Source: Yuukianura sp. NJ FZ-2021 (Eukaryota). From it: a DNA stretch of 64,000 nucleotides. A program made the translations under genes and the position numbers. The stretch lies in assembly GCA_046563655.1 (NCBI GenBank), contig JAJCTO010000014.1, positions 186,001-250,000 of the forward strand. Direction: 5' to 3'. The notes below the pieces were generated by a model that was not told where the DNA came from, searched no databases, and was given only the letters and a program-made list of their open reading frames with translations. Below are positions 1 through 27,228 of the stretch, piece after piece (position 1 is the stretch's first letter; every line of letters starts with the position of its first letter).

Positions 1-14091
<14,091 letters not shown>

Positions 14092-14594
14092 CTCCTAGCC
14101 TGTCAAACCTAGCTTCAAACAAAAAAATTAGCAGATTTCAAAAATTGCTCAAATGAAGACCACCAGCCACGATACTTCGCATTCAACACTTCGTAAAAAA
14201 TGAAAATTCTAAAACCTGCAAAGATGAGAATGAGAGTACTTGATTTATTGGACTTCACATTGACCAAACATAAACAAAAACACAACGTTACAGCGTTTCG
14301 TTGGAAACGATTAAGTGGTCCACCATTGCATTGATCGATTGATCTAATTGACTAGAATTCAAATTAATTTACCTAAAAATTCTTATAATGATTCAACTAA
14401 AATATTGTTGCAAAAATAATACAGTTTATTTCCTTTTTTTGCGACGCACTCGGAAGTAGACTGGATTTAATAAGCTCATCCTAAATTATAAATTGTTTGT
14501 CGACTTACCACAAAACAAATTGAGCATGAGCAGTTGATTCGAGATTTGCCTTAGAGGCTCACAACATTCTTGATAAGGCGGTTTGATACTTGTA

Positions 14595-16347
14595 TTAGTC
14601 GTAGTAGTAGTCATCATCTTCAGAGTAATTGGGTTCGTAACCAACGGCATTTCCGTAGTCGTCGTCGTTTGACTCCCAGTTATCCTCATTGTCATACTCT
14701 CCATCACTTGACTGTTCCACATTGTCTTCCGTTTCTGCATTACTCTCCCAATTGGAGTCGTCGTCGTCTACAACCTTTTGCAGTTGGATTACACGTTGAT
14801 GAGATCTGGACATTACAGTATCGAAATCCACCTCTTTCAGCAGTCTTGCGTATAGTTTTAATATTGCATGAACGTCATATACGACAACGCGCTCCGTTGC
14901 TTTTGTAATTGGTCGATGGGACCAGTTGAATGCCTTATGAACACAAGAGCGGTTAGGAGTTAATACCTAACCTGCCAATCAGCCAACACGAGAAATACTT
15001 ATATTTTAATACCTCATTCCTGTATGGATTGCTTTGTATGCCGCACATTTTGCACAAATCGTCCAAACCAATGTTATGGTTACTGGTCCCAGGTTTGGCG
15101 GAAGTGATAACACGTTGAGCCATTTGTGTATCAAAAATTTGTTCAACCCACATGTCGTAATGGGAGTACAGACTGTATATTGCATCTCTGCAATCATGCA
15201 TCACCTAACCCGAAAAACAAAATACCCGAAATAAGTAAATTACACAATAAAGCGTAACATTAATAAATGTTGCCATTCAGAATACCTTTATCACACCAGT
15301 GTCCTCCATGAAATTTTTAATGTAGTCGAGAACAATGGTAGATGTCATGTCAAATACATACACTTGACCAGACTCTGTCCCAACTTGAAACAGCTTCAAT
15401 ATGTCGTAGTCACCATCCGTTTGAACGGATTTTATATCGACTGCGATGTACTTCTGTTTTAAAATGTAGTCAGTCACTTGTTTGGAATCACTCTTGTTCC
15501 TAACAATCATTGTGTTCTTCAGCAATGACTTCATATCTATCACGTTCGGCGGTGGCCCGGAATTATAAATTATTTCCCGGATCTTGGCAGTACATGCATC
15601 CAGGAATTCCTTTGGTTGAGCAATTCTTGATTTGAGAATAGGGTACAATTTCACCAAGGAAAGAACATCACTTGCTGCATAGCATTTCATATCTTGAGTC
15701 AGTGGTCTGGTCTCCCAATATCGTTGATTTTTTGCGTACTAGAAAAAAAAATTACAGCTCAATGATCAATAGTAACGATATTACATTTCTTACTAACTAA
15801 TACTTACTTTAATTTTCCCTTTCAACTGATTTTTTGGAAGACCATACTTTGCATTGAGTTCGTTCAATCCTGGGTTCAAATGTTTTACATTTTTGTTTTG
15901 TGTAAAATCGATTTGGACTTGAGCCCATTGTGTATCTACCACTTGTTGACAAAGTATCCCGTGCTCGACAAATAAATTGGTTACATCCCCTTTGCAGCCG
16001 TGCATAATCTGGAATTGAAATCACCACAATGGTAATGGCAGAAGGTTTCATAATTAATTTTGCAAGTAATATTTAGGTACCTTAAGCACATTCGATTGCA
16101 AAAGGGTACGCACTCCACTGTGCACTCCTTTTTGCAACATGTCGAAGATGAAAACATCTCCATCCGGAGTAGCCACTTGAACTTGCGTGACTTTTCCGTC
16201 TCGACCCAAATTGACTCCTTCACAATCAATACCCAAGTACTCTTGCTTCATCAAGTGGTCCAGAATGACTTTTGTCCATCTTTCTTCTGTAACAACGTGC
16301 AAAACGCTTCTCAAGACGTCAGTGCTCCAAATTGCAGTACCAGACAT
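14595..16347 (-). CDS. EXD1: EXD1/Egalitarian-like 3'-5' exonuclease protein with two tandem DEDDy domains and an acidic tail; about 5 exons, 5' end uncertain
   Basis: Domain 1: YLGIDCEGVNLGRDGKV, MHGCKGD, WETRPLTQDMKCYAASDV. Domain 2: YIAVDIKS, MHDCRDA, WSHRPITKATERVVVYDV. GT-AG introns join the ORF pieces in frame. Orthology to EXD1 itself not established. Confidence 0.75.
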
Positions 16348-16881
16348 TCTGAATCTGAACCAGAATCAAAATCAAATTACAAAATTGAGAATTGCAAGAA
16401 ATAAAATTTAAACCCTCATTCGCATACAGGACAATACAGTGCTAGTTTTATGTTCTGTTCATGCAAATGAGCCTAATCTAAGCCACTCCTCCATCTCTCC
16501 AACCAACTCCCTCTCGATCTTTTTTTCCCGCCGAAAGTTTGTTTCGGTTAAGACTAAAGCCCGGCAAATAAAAGTCAACCGACGCTGTTTCTTTGGTTCT
16601 TGGCGATCAGTTTGCTCTCTTCTTTTTTAGTTTTGCAACTAAAATTTCACTAGTTAAAAATTGAATATTATTCAATTAAACGTGCGTACGAGTATTAAAA
16701 ACTGATCTACAGTGGAATTGAGCGGAAAGAGAATAACTTCAAGTAAGGTGAGTGATCCATTTCTATTGTTTTCTAATTAAGTGATTGCCATTTTAGAATT
16801 GTCATGAAGGGATTTATGTCTCAAAATGAACAAAGTTATTTTCTAATGTTTACTATGTTATTTTGTTACGGCAGTTAAAGT

Positions 16882-18015
16882 ATGCCTGTCCACTACTCGG
16901 AACAGCAACGCCATTGCGTAATTAACAGGGATGTCAAACATATGTGCTAATAACCACAGAAATATTTATTTAAATATGTAGCAAAAAGCCCGAAATATGG
17001 ACAAACATATTTACTAAAAATAGGATATTTACTAAAAATTTGGACTAATTTTCTGTTACAAGCCCCTTTTCTTAGCTTCAAACCAACAAAAATGCATTAG
17101 ATTTACATCGGCATGTGGCAAATGTGGCATAAACCGGGAAGAATCAACGGATGTATTTGTCCGTTTGTGCACTTGTGAGAATAGGCAACGAATATGTCCT
17201 GCCGACAAATTTAGGGCGTGGTTTACGCAGGTGAGAGGCGACATGAGTTAATAACAACGCCGTTATTAGATTCCATCTTTCCGCTCAATTGAGCAAAAAA
17301 TGCCGATATTTGTTGCTGATTGCCATTTGACATGCCGACGACTGGTGCTAAATCAATCTAACATTGCTTCAGAAACCACCCAGAGGAGTAATAGCGGTAA
17401 AAAGATCACTTCTTACCGAAAAACGGAACAACCTCCCTCCACCCCCCGAAGACGGGCAATTTTTTTCTGGAAAAAACGTTCAAATTGGGTGTTTTTTAGG
17501 GTATATCCCTCAAAATTTTGCAAAAAGTCCAAAAAATTTACGTAAATATTTACTAAAAACGTAAATATTTTTTTTCTCCAAAAGTGCCCAAATATTTAAA
17601 AAATATTTAATATGTAAGTACATGCGTTTGACATCCCTGGTAATTAAACTTCGACTGAAGTACAAGGATGAATCCAGCACCGAGCTAATGCACAGATACA
17701 ATCAGAAACCTGTTTCGCAAAACAGACCTATGGAGCATCCTCAAGATGTGAACCGAATTTTAAAGCGATTTTCTGCACTGGGCAATACTAAAGACCGTCC
17801 AAAATCGGGTAGACGAAAAACTGTTTGGGACTATGAGGGGTAAAATTTTTTTACCGCCAAGACCTGCCATTGCGTTAGACCTAATGGCACGAATTGATGA
17901 TTTTTTTCGTGTGAATGTTACACCTGCAATACTCATAAATGTTAGAGACGATTTCCGTAAACGTTTACAAATGTGTCTTCAGGAAAATGGGAGTCATTTT
18001 GAACATTTAAAATAA
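16882..18015 (+). pseudogene. Tc1/mariner transposase remnant (N-terminal HTH and C-terminus kept, DDE core deleted, split by a hAT MITE)
   Basis: MPVHYSEQQRHCVI|KLRLKY...KRFSALGNTKDRPKSGRRKTV joined directly to the typical C-terminus ...FRKRLQMCLQENGSHFEHLK. Confidence 0.8.
16926..17639. mobile_element. hAT-type MITE nested in the Tc1/mariner transposase
   Basis: TIR CAGGGATGTCAAAC / GTTTGACATCCCTG; 8-bp TSD GTAATTAA. Confidence 0.9.
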
Positions 18016-18730
18016 TGCGCTTGCTACCCCTCCATATTCTGCGTACTCTTTTTGCTACATTATTTCCGTCTGCCTGTTGCTCAACGATCAATCTAAAGCC
18101 GATTACTGATTACACAAACTTTGTTATTTTGAGACAATAAAATCACTTATACACTATCAGTAAAGCTTAATTACTAATTATTATTTAAAAATTAATGTTT
18201 TAATTCAACTCTGGTAGGCGCAATACTCCACTGAATCAAATTTCCGACTGAATGAACGAGTATTTCGGTTGGCGTACACTTTAGCGAACGTGATTGTAGC
18301 CCCACAGTGTAAGCCATTCGTGGCAACGACGGGTGGCTATACTGCGTCAACTTATCGGGTGTTCCAAAAGTAACGATTATCTTTTTGTGCACAAAACCCA
18401 TAAGCTCCAAAAACTCCACAGTGCGAGATGAGAGATGAGATGGAAAAGTTACACAAAGAGAAAAAAGATAATCGTTAGTTTTGGAACACCCGATATGTTT
18501 GCACTTTATGTTAGGTTGAAGTGGATACTTAAGATGCCACTCAGGTGTAGCCACTTATTGTAGTGATTAAAAAATTGAAGAGTGCCTGCACTGTGCGGCT
18601 ACAACGACGATCGTTACTCGTTACGTCGACCGTGTCTCGGAACCGAGAGGGGAAGTTACTTGGAGAGATGGAGGGGTGGCTTAGATTAGGCTCATTTGCA
18701 TGAACAGAACATAAAACTAGCACTGTATAA

Positions 18731-19458
18731 AGCCTCTTTCACACCGGATACGCCGCAACAACTGCCGACGGCAGTTGTGCCGGCGTAACAAACTGCCGTA
18801 GACAGTTGTTGAAGGGTTTCACACTGCACCACCGGTTCTTTTTACGCCGTAAATTTTTTCTACGGAAAGTTTTACGCCGGCCTCGGTGTGATACAGCTTC
18901 ATTTGTCCACAATTCTTGAAAGGCGCCTTTAAGTTTCATATGAGAAGATAAATGAAGTAAATGAGTTGAAAACAATCAAATGTTTACTATTATTGATGTG
19001 CAATTGTTCCAATGCCATTCCTTGGGGGGTGTAGCCGACGTATTTCCGTATAGGGTGATGTATTAAGACAAATTAATAGTTAATTAGCTAATTAACTATT
19101 AATTAACACTTAGACAATGTTATCCTTTTGTTTTGCTACTTCAATATTGCTGATTATGTACAAAGAAGAGCGGAACGATAATCAGCTGAGATGAGATGAG
19201 GAACTGTCCGTCCGGAGTTGGTCCAAAAGTTGAAACTTTTCAACTTTTGGGGCTCCCATCTCCTCCTGTAGGAAGATTTGACGGCGTAAGATGTGACGGC
19301 GGCAGCCGTGAGGCGATGTGAACACCTCACCCGTCTTCCGCCGTCAACTTTCTCTTCCGTCGGCCAACTCACCGGCGGTGAGTTGGTTTGGTGTGAATGG
19401 ATACGCCGTCACAACTGCCGTCGCCAGTTGTTGCGGCGTATCCGGTGTGAAAGAGGCT
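18731..19458. mobile_element. PIF/Harbinger-type MITE
   Basis: TIR AGCCTCTTTCACACCGGATACGCCGCAACAACTG and its reverse complement; TAA TSD. Confidence 0.9.
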
Positions 19459-20909
19459 TAATAGGAACTAAATCCACTATCCACTTACCTTTTACACGAT
19501 TTATCGCTTCAGCTTTCTGTACTCACTTCACTAGTCAGTGACGACGTCGTTCGTGTTGTCCCCAAGTGTCCAAAGAAAGAAAAACGAAAAGAAAACAACC
19601 AAAAACGGAAGAAGAAATAAAAACAAAAGTTAAAAGATTTACGAAACAGCTGAGGGCTGAGAGCTCTCTCTCTGCAGTTTTTTTTTTATCAATCCGCCCC
19701 CTTCCTTCCCCGCGATTCACGAACGCCAAAAGAGGAAATGACGTCTGCCTTTTGTTAAAAACGCAAGCAGATTTCAAGGTTATGTAGAAATAAGATGTAC
19801 CGCTACCGAAGGTACGAATTTCACCAGATTTACTGCACTAATTTGTAGTAAAGTCTGATTTATTCAATTATTCCTTCCTGTCCATTGGCTGTGCTGTCAT
19901 TACAAACAGAAGACGGAAATACGCTTTTTCTCTTTTGAATCCCGTAACATGACATCGACATCTTAAGTTAATTAATTTTAATTTGATGACCAACGTATTA
20001 AATATAAACTTATTATACTCAATCCACAAGAACTTTTAGGTCAATTCAAGTTAGATTTTTCAAAACAAAAAAACTAACTCCATTGATTACTAAATTTTCT
20101 ACAGGACACATGACTTTTATACAGTTTTCGGGCATCAACAGGGAACTACAGGGAACATAATGCGTGTAATTACTTTTTACAGCCTTCATCAATTAACTTG
20201 TGGAGAATTTAGTAACAATTTACAAAGTTACTTTAAATCAAATTCCTAAATATTTTTTAAAGAATTGACAAATAACGCTCCTCTTTGGCACCCATGTTTT
20301 CCCCCATAACTCCCACTTCCCACAACTTTACAATTACAAGTAATTTAACAAAACTAATTAATTATTTTATAATATTTAACTTAAATCGTATGGAAATAGC
20401 GCCTTCTTTTAGTAATTTCTTTTACAATTTAAAAAATTGCCCTTCCCGTTTTCAGCAAACTTGTGTAGAAAAAAAAAGGCCGCAGCGTCTTCATATGGAT
20501 TGGCAGTTGCATTTAAGGCCTTTACACATTACAACAAACAGTTCAATTTTTTGATCAGTACTTTGCAAATTGCAACTTTTTGCTACTGTAGCATATGTTA
20601 GCATTACGTAACAAAAATGTGTAACTAAATAATATTTTGTAAATTAACAATCTTAGATTAATAACATTTAGGGGTGACATGCTTCTCAACTTCAAGCAAC
20701 ATTCACTCAATTATTTCTCTATTTTGAAAAGTCCGTGTGTCTTTTCCTTGCATTTTTTACAAAGTTTTGACCAGAATATTTTTGTGTTTTTCGAAAACAG
20801 CTTTACACCCAACCACATTGTTGTTAATGATTGCTTTGTTCAATTATAAACAAAATGGGCTGACAAATGAGTAGAATCGGCTCTCTTGGGTATAGGCGGC
20901 GGCGGTTTC

Positions 20910-23900
20910 TTATTTCTTAAGATGAACTTGATGTTGTTGATTGTTATAATTGTTGGACATTGTCATTGGGATTCCCATTTGAGAATGTTTTCTTCCTTGG
21001 AAGTTTTCATAAATTACGACATTTGTTGACGGCGTTTGGTAAATTGGTGGTTGAGTATAGGCAGGAGGGGATGGTAGCGGAGTCGCCACTGGAATTGAAA
21101 ACGAAACTCGTTGTTGCGGTTTGGCATTCGGTACAGGCGGAATCGACTTTCTGGGTTGTGGCGACTCCGGTACCTCCTCGGCTCCACCGTAGTGCTGCGA
21201 TACCCAGGCTCTCACTACTGCCTCCTAAGCAAACCAACGAAATCGGTATCAAAATTCGTTTTTTTTAAAGAAAACAACTTAAAGTGACCAAAAAAACGAA
21301 AAATACCATACCTTGTTAGTTGCCATTGGTGTGATGCTTCCGGATCTTGACGATGGTGGATAATAGTACTGGTCTTCGCTGACACTATGCAGAGTAGGAT
21401 TCCCGGAACTATCAAGTTCCGATTGACATTCGCTTATTGGACTCTCCGGATACTGCGAACCGGAACAATTGTTCGGTTCGAACCGAAATCCCAAGATTTC
21501 CTGTGGACTCGAATTGGAAACTTGACACTTCTGGGCCACTTGCCACTTCTTTTGCATTACCCTTTGGAGGTCAGTCAGAAATGCTTGTGGAGGTTCCTCC
21601 ATTTTTCTTGGACTAGACAAACTACTGTTACTGTTGTTTGTGTTCAGAGGAAGTGGCGACAGATTCAATTTGTTCGGAGCAGGAGGAGGAGGAGGCGGGG
21701 CCTGATTTCGACTCATCAGTCTTTGTGAAAGTTCGTTTGCAAAGGTCACGCCTTTCTTCGGAAGGCTCTGCGTACTCGATTGAGAATCAAGCGAACCATG
21801 GCGTGAAATTGGCCCAGATGGGAGTGTTCCGCTCTGGGACCATATTCTCGTAGGGTGGTAAGTCGGATAGTATCTCTTCCCGCTGGTAAATTCAAAATTT
21901 ACCAGCGTTCCGATTCATAAAACGGGTTGCAGGGGAGATAGTTGGCGGCTGGTAACTTCTGCCAGCCGCCTTTCTTTCTCCATTGAAAGAGCTGAGACAA
22001 AGTCTCAACTCTTTCTCTTTTCGTATTCATAAAGAGCTCCGCCCCCTCCTAGTATCTTAAAATTCCTAGTAAAGTTAGGGGTGCCTCGACCCACCCCTAA
22101 CTATTTACCAGAAGCTACAGATGATGAGTTTAATCAACTAAACTAACTTAATTAACTTCAAAATGCTACCTAATCACGAAGATAACGCTCGACAACGATA
22201 ACTGAACCCTATGCTGACCTCGCACTAACTAGTTAATGCCGAATAACCCTACAAATAAAGAATTTGCGCAAAAATGACCACATTTTATTTGACAAGAAGC
22301 GAAAGTTGGGTTCAGCACGCAATTGAACCCTCGAAATTGGAAATCCGCGCCATCCGAGTAAGGTTTCCTTGATGGAACCCATTGCTGCAAAGATAAACGT
22401 TATGTCAATTGTTATGACACGTCAAGGCTAATTGAATAGGATTTTCTTGCATGCTTTTACCTTTTCCTATGTCGTTCAGTGTTTTGATTGGTTTTTGATT
22501 CTAATATTATCAAAAGTAATGTAATTAACTAAAAACTGACACTTCACCAATTACAATACAAAAGTGGAAACAAAAACAAACAAAAACATATGATTCAAAG
22601 TCAACAGAGTTGAACTTGAATGCATGCGCGGAGCTCTGCTAACTCCGCCCACCTCGTAAGTTTGGAGAAAGCTTTCTCCAACTTACCAGGTTTCTCCCCA
22701 AAGTTTTATGAATAAGGATTAGCCGACCCTAGTAGAGCCGACCGATAGTATCTCTACCAGCTGGTAGGATTTAAGACCTTTATGAGAATATCGTCCCTGG
22801 TGTCCCATCTTGAGTATGGACATTGGTGGTCCAGCATTTGGAACCTGGTAGATATTGTCTCTAATTTCATTGTCCGATACTGAAATGACATTAACTTCAT
22901 CACAGCCACCGTACTCCAGAAGTTCTGGAGGAGGAGGTGGCAAATTGGCAATTTCTAGAGAGTCCAGCGATTCTTCTCCGACTGGGGCTGGAACTCCCAA
23001 GGGCTTTCCATTTGAAGGGCCATATGGAGGTTTTCCACAAGTTGGATGAGGATTGCTACTCACGGTTCCAGGTCATAGCCGCCAAACCAAAAGCGGCCAA
23101 TTCCATAGCAGCCAATCAATAGCCGCCAAATTATAATGCGGCCAAGTCCTTAGCGGCCAATCCTAAAGCGGCCAATTTCTAAAGCGGCCAACTCCTATAG
23201 CCGCCAATGATTAAAGCCGACAATTAGAAACTGGTGATTATACCTTAAGGTAATCATCCTACGTGGTAATTCACATTAACGTGACCTAACCAAACCTAAC
23301 CTAGGTTAATGAAGCATAACACAACCTAAATAACCTAGCCTTATTAAATTAAAACTAGTTTTTAGTTTTGTCGGCTTTAATCATCGGCGGCTATTGACGT
23401 TGGCTGCTTTAGGATTGGCCGCTATGGAATTCGCGGCTTTAGGAATTGGCCGCTTTAGAAATTGGCCGCTTTAGGATTGGCCGCTAAGGAATTGGCGGCT
23501 TTAGAATTTGGCCGCTATTGATTGGCTGCTATGGAATTGGCCGCTTTTGGTTTGGCGGCTATGACCTGCTACGGCTACTCACAGGGGAGGAGATGACGGA
23601 AGAACTGGACGAACTTGTTGGCGTTCCACCATTTCCGCTGACACTTCTTTTGCGCTGGAGCGTATGTGCCAGTGTCACGGTGTTTCCTTCTCCAGGCGTT
23701 ATGTACTCGCTGACTAAACTTCTAGTATTCAGCGTCAGAGGAATCTTGGGACTGAGTACTGTAGAAGGTTTCCTTTTGATTGTCCCACCCACTGGAGCGT
23801 CACTTTCAAATCCTTCTTCTCTTACAGCCACAATCGTTTGCAGCGTTGTCGGTGGCGGAGGGAGTTGATGATTTACAAGCACCTATTCAAGTATACAACA

Positions 23901-25283
23901 AAAATGAACCAATCAGAACCTGTCAAATCACAACCAATCAGAAGGTTTTGTTCAATTGAATGCTAATTTTGAACAAAAGCAGTCATAAATTTCTAAAAAA
24001 TGCTTACCATGCGATCACCATTGAAACCATTGGAATTCTCCGGTGCAGAATGATTGTGAAGGTTGAGAGAAGGGCCGAGAGGGGCCAGAGGAACTGAAGT
24101 GGCTGACGTAGTATTGTTGGAGGGCAAAAAGTCTTGAGGTGGTGGAGGGTATTTGACAAGGTGACCCTTGACCTCTTCTCCACTAGTTGAGGTTGGCTGA
24201 TGGTAATTTGAATTTAGAGTAGTGATTTGAATAGGCATTGAGGCTAGGGATACACTGCGTCCAAATCGATCCAAGTCCTCGTGTGCAATGTCTTCTTGGA
24301 GACTTCGGTAATTGTCCCAAAGGATTTTTCCAAACTAAAACGACATTCAAAAAGAAATTCTAGATTTTCTTCCAAAAAAAAAGTTGGAAAACTAACTTAG
24401 ATGTTTCGGCTTCAATAATTCCTGAAGTGTAATTGAAATTTTTGAAGTACCTTAGCAATTCGAAGTCCCACCATCCAGGACTTAAGGGTCTCGATATCCT
24501 CTGCACAGAGGTACTTCATGTGTCGATGTGACTTGACCTGAAGCCGGGCTGGTTTTAGCACAAATCCAAATTCCGTCGGTGCCTTGAACTTTTTTCTCCA
24601 TCCAACGCCCTCATAAGCCTAAAAACGAAAAAAGAAAGTTCCAAAAATGACTTCAATTCAAAAACAAAGTTAAATTAAAATTAAATCTTTCAATGAAATT
24701 CAGCATTCTGCATTCAAAAACTTTTTCCAGACATATCAGCGTTATTTCGTAGTTCGAAATTTCCGTCTTCCCGGGAAAACTGAAAACTGTACCTCAAACA
24801 AAGCAACAGACGCTTCGGAGGAGAGTCGACCGGAAGCATTTGTTTGAAAAGTGTTTTGAAAAGTTTGAAAATTACGTTAGGGTTGGATCCTTACTTGTAT
24901 GTTGTGATCAATGGTGGCAAGACAGACCAAGTCCTTGGAAGGGTTAGCATGGGCCTTTCCCTTGGGAAAGTAGTAGACGCCAGAGGCACGGAGCACGAAA
25001 GAAAACTTCTTCCAAGCCTTCTTGCCCTCTGCTTTGAGGTAAAGACAACTTTCTACTTCCGGAACACCGTGGCCATGGGCATAAAATTCATCCACTAAGT
25101 TCCTCTTGCCATGATCATCCAGAACAGTTCCTGGCCCAGCACCGCCGTGGCTGAAGTAGCGCTGTGGACTGTTGAACATGTCGTACTTGTCTTCTCGCTC
25201 TACAAAGTAGATCTTGTTCTTCGAGTCACGTGTCCACATCAGCAGATTCTCAACCATGTTCTCATGATCCTCGTAAATCCGTT
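20910..25283 (-). CDS. RAPH1: MRL-family adaptor (lamellipodin/RIAM/pico/MIG-10), 3' exons: end of RA domain, PH domain, proline-rich tail; 5' exons not found in the window
   Basis: ERIYEDHENMVENLLMWTRDSKNK (RA end), LYLKAEGKKAWKKFSFVLRASGVYY and WMVGLRIAK (PH), LPPPP/YPPPP motifs, FLTDLQRVMQKKWQVAQKC. Two exonic TE insertions, so functional status is unclear. Confidence 0.85.
21837..22796. mobile_element. Non-autonomous DNA element (Harbinger-like, CWG target) inserted in an MRL exon
   Basis: Imperfect TIR GGACCATATTCTCGTAGGG / CCTTTATGAGAATATCGTCC; 3-bp TSD CTG; several internal hairpins. Removal restores ...MGHQ-SGTLPSGP... in frame. Confidence 0.8.
23064..23573. mobile_element. MULE-like foldback MITE, long family, inserted in an MRL exon
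   Basis: Termini GGTTCCAGGTCATAGC...GCTATGACCTGCTACG, arms made of AGCGGCCAA-type repeats, 9-bp TSD GCTACTCAC; same tips and central AACCAAACCTAACCT motif as the dynein MITEs. Confidence 0.9.
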
Positions 25284-25701
25284 CTAAATTAAACCCAAAC
25301 AAAACAAATTGAAGTCAAGAAATTTGGAATTTAAGGAAGTTTCAATTTCAAAGAAAAACTTGCAAGCATACATAGTAGAAAAGGGAAAAGTGAAACCATA
25401 AATTCTATCGTTCCGACGTAAAACAACACAACTCAAAAACCGTTGACGACTTGTGTTGCTAATTGAAAAAAGTAAACAAACATCAGCAAAATCGGCAAAA
25501 ATTTGTATTATCGATGAAATTAGTACTTCAAAATTGTTGCAAATTGAGTGAAATTGAAAGTTATCAACTTGTGAAACAATTTGGATTTCGTTGCGAACGA
25601 GACAGTTTAAGCTTTTGTATGTCGGTCTGTACCTCAGTTGTAAGTATCGTTAGATACTGCTTGTAGGAATCGGCTCGCTTGTCAGGCTGACTAATGCGTT
25701 A

Positions 25702-27221
25702 AGTCTGATTCCCAATGACTGCAATCGCATGCGAATTCGCATGCTGCATGCGAATTCGCATCGAAAGTGTGAGAACCGGTTTGCGTCCACTGCATGCGTC
25801 ATGCGAAAATCGCTGACGCATGCGATTTCTTGCAGTCAGCAATTGTGAACCACAATGCGATCGACGGATGCGAAAATCGCATACGTCGGTCCGTCATGCG
25901 ATTTTCGCAAAATCGCATGAGTTGAAAAATCTTAACTTTTGCGTCCGTCGACGCATACGTCAGGGCGGGAAAGTGAAAAATGTAAACAAAACTTTGAAAT
26001 TTACCAAATTCAAAATCAGATGTTTACTTCACTTTTACTAAAAAAAATTAATACGTGAAGTCTGATTTTGTCGCATTGTAAGAAATTAACATTAATTTAT
26101 TTATATAACATAATAATAAGTGGTAAAAGTGCTGATGGACTGTAGGAGATTCCAGTTATTTGGAACTAGTACGAGTCGCTGATGTTTCTTATTACGGAGC
26201 ACAATGCCAAACATGGTAAATCGGTTATTTAACAAACTAAATATAATCTAAAAAAGTTTCAAACCTAACCTATACTAAAATCCATAATAACTTTATTGTT
26301 AGTGTACAGTACAACTTTCAATTTGAACGAGGACAACCCAGGAACTGAAGAGATGTCCTGTGTGAGATGACACTGCTTCCGAGCGGGATTCGGAATCACC
26401 CACCTCATCACAAGTTGATAATACTGAAGAGGATGGTACTAATCAGTCACTGTACTTGAGCAATGCTCCTATGCCGAAGCTTAAAACTCCCCGTATGCTC
26501 GGTGCATACAGCATGCAAAGGTATGAAGAAATCTAAATAACGTAATACTAGCCTAAACTAACCAATGCTGGGTTGTCAACTTACGCAACACTTGGTTAGT
26601 TAAACTAGAAACTATAGGATGTGTTCATTCTATTCCGGGTGTTGATTGGCAGGGACTTCAAACTTCAAGCGAAGACGGAAAGATTGGCCCGTTTCCTGTG
26701 TCCATATCCACTGAAATGGCAAAAAAGATTGAAACAGAGCAAGACACACTGAAGTTTGGTGTTATGGACTTTTAATTAAATCCATAAAAAGGCGTCAAGA
26801 GCGAAAGATTTGAGTTATGTTACACAAAATTAAGTTGTAGTTATAGGTTATTAATTATGTTATTCTATTTTCTGATATTGAATAGGGTAGTTATTAAATA
26901 AAAATATATTCTAGAATTTTTGGGAACTTGAGTTATAGTTAGAATAGTTAAAACAGTGCAACAGAGTGAAGAATAACAAAAATGGAAACTAAAAAAACAA
27001 CAACAGATGTTTTTTGTTTGGGTGCAGCGCTGCGATTGCATTGAGAACCGGGTTGCAGCAGAAAATCGTACCATCGCACCGACGTACGTCGGGCGATGCA
27101 AATGCATGCGTCTGAGCAGTCATTGGGAATCACCTTCCGAATTCGCACTGCACGGACGTACGTCCGCGCTGCAATCGCATGCAGCGTCCGTCCGTGCGAT
27201 GCAGTCATTGGGAATTAGGCA
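25702..27221. mobile_element. PIF/Harbinger-type non-autonomous element
   Basis: TIR AGTCTGATTCCCAATGACTGCA / TGCAGTCATTGGGAATTAGGCA; TTA TSD; subterminal CGCATGCG palindromes. Confidence 0.8.
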
Positions 27222-27228
27222 TTAATGC

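Larger units (their letters stand above)
16437..18725 (+). mobile_element. Tc1/mariner-superfamily element, internally deleted
   Basis: ~65-bp TIRs starting CAGTGCTAGTTTTATGTTCTG, TA on both sides; transposase remnants inside. Confidence 0.9.

Noticed and set aside
19470..20900. Possible genes or ncRNA in this interval
   Set aside because: AT-rich with no recognisable motif; consistent with the MRL 3' UTR and intergenic DNA.
21867..22766. ~22-bp imperfect direct repeat (ATAGTATCTCT...GCTGGTA) as a long TSD
   Set aside because: Both copies lie inside the TIR-defined element 21837-22796, whose real TSD is CTG.
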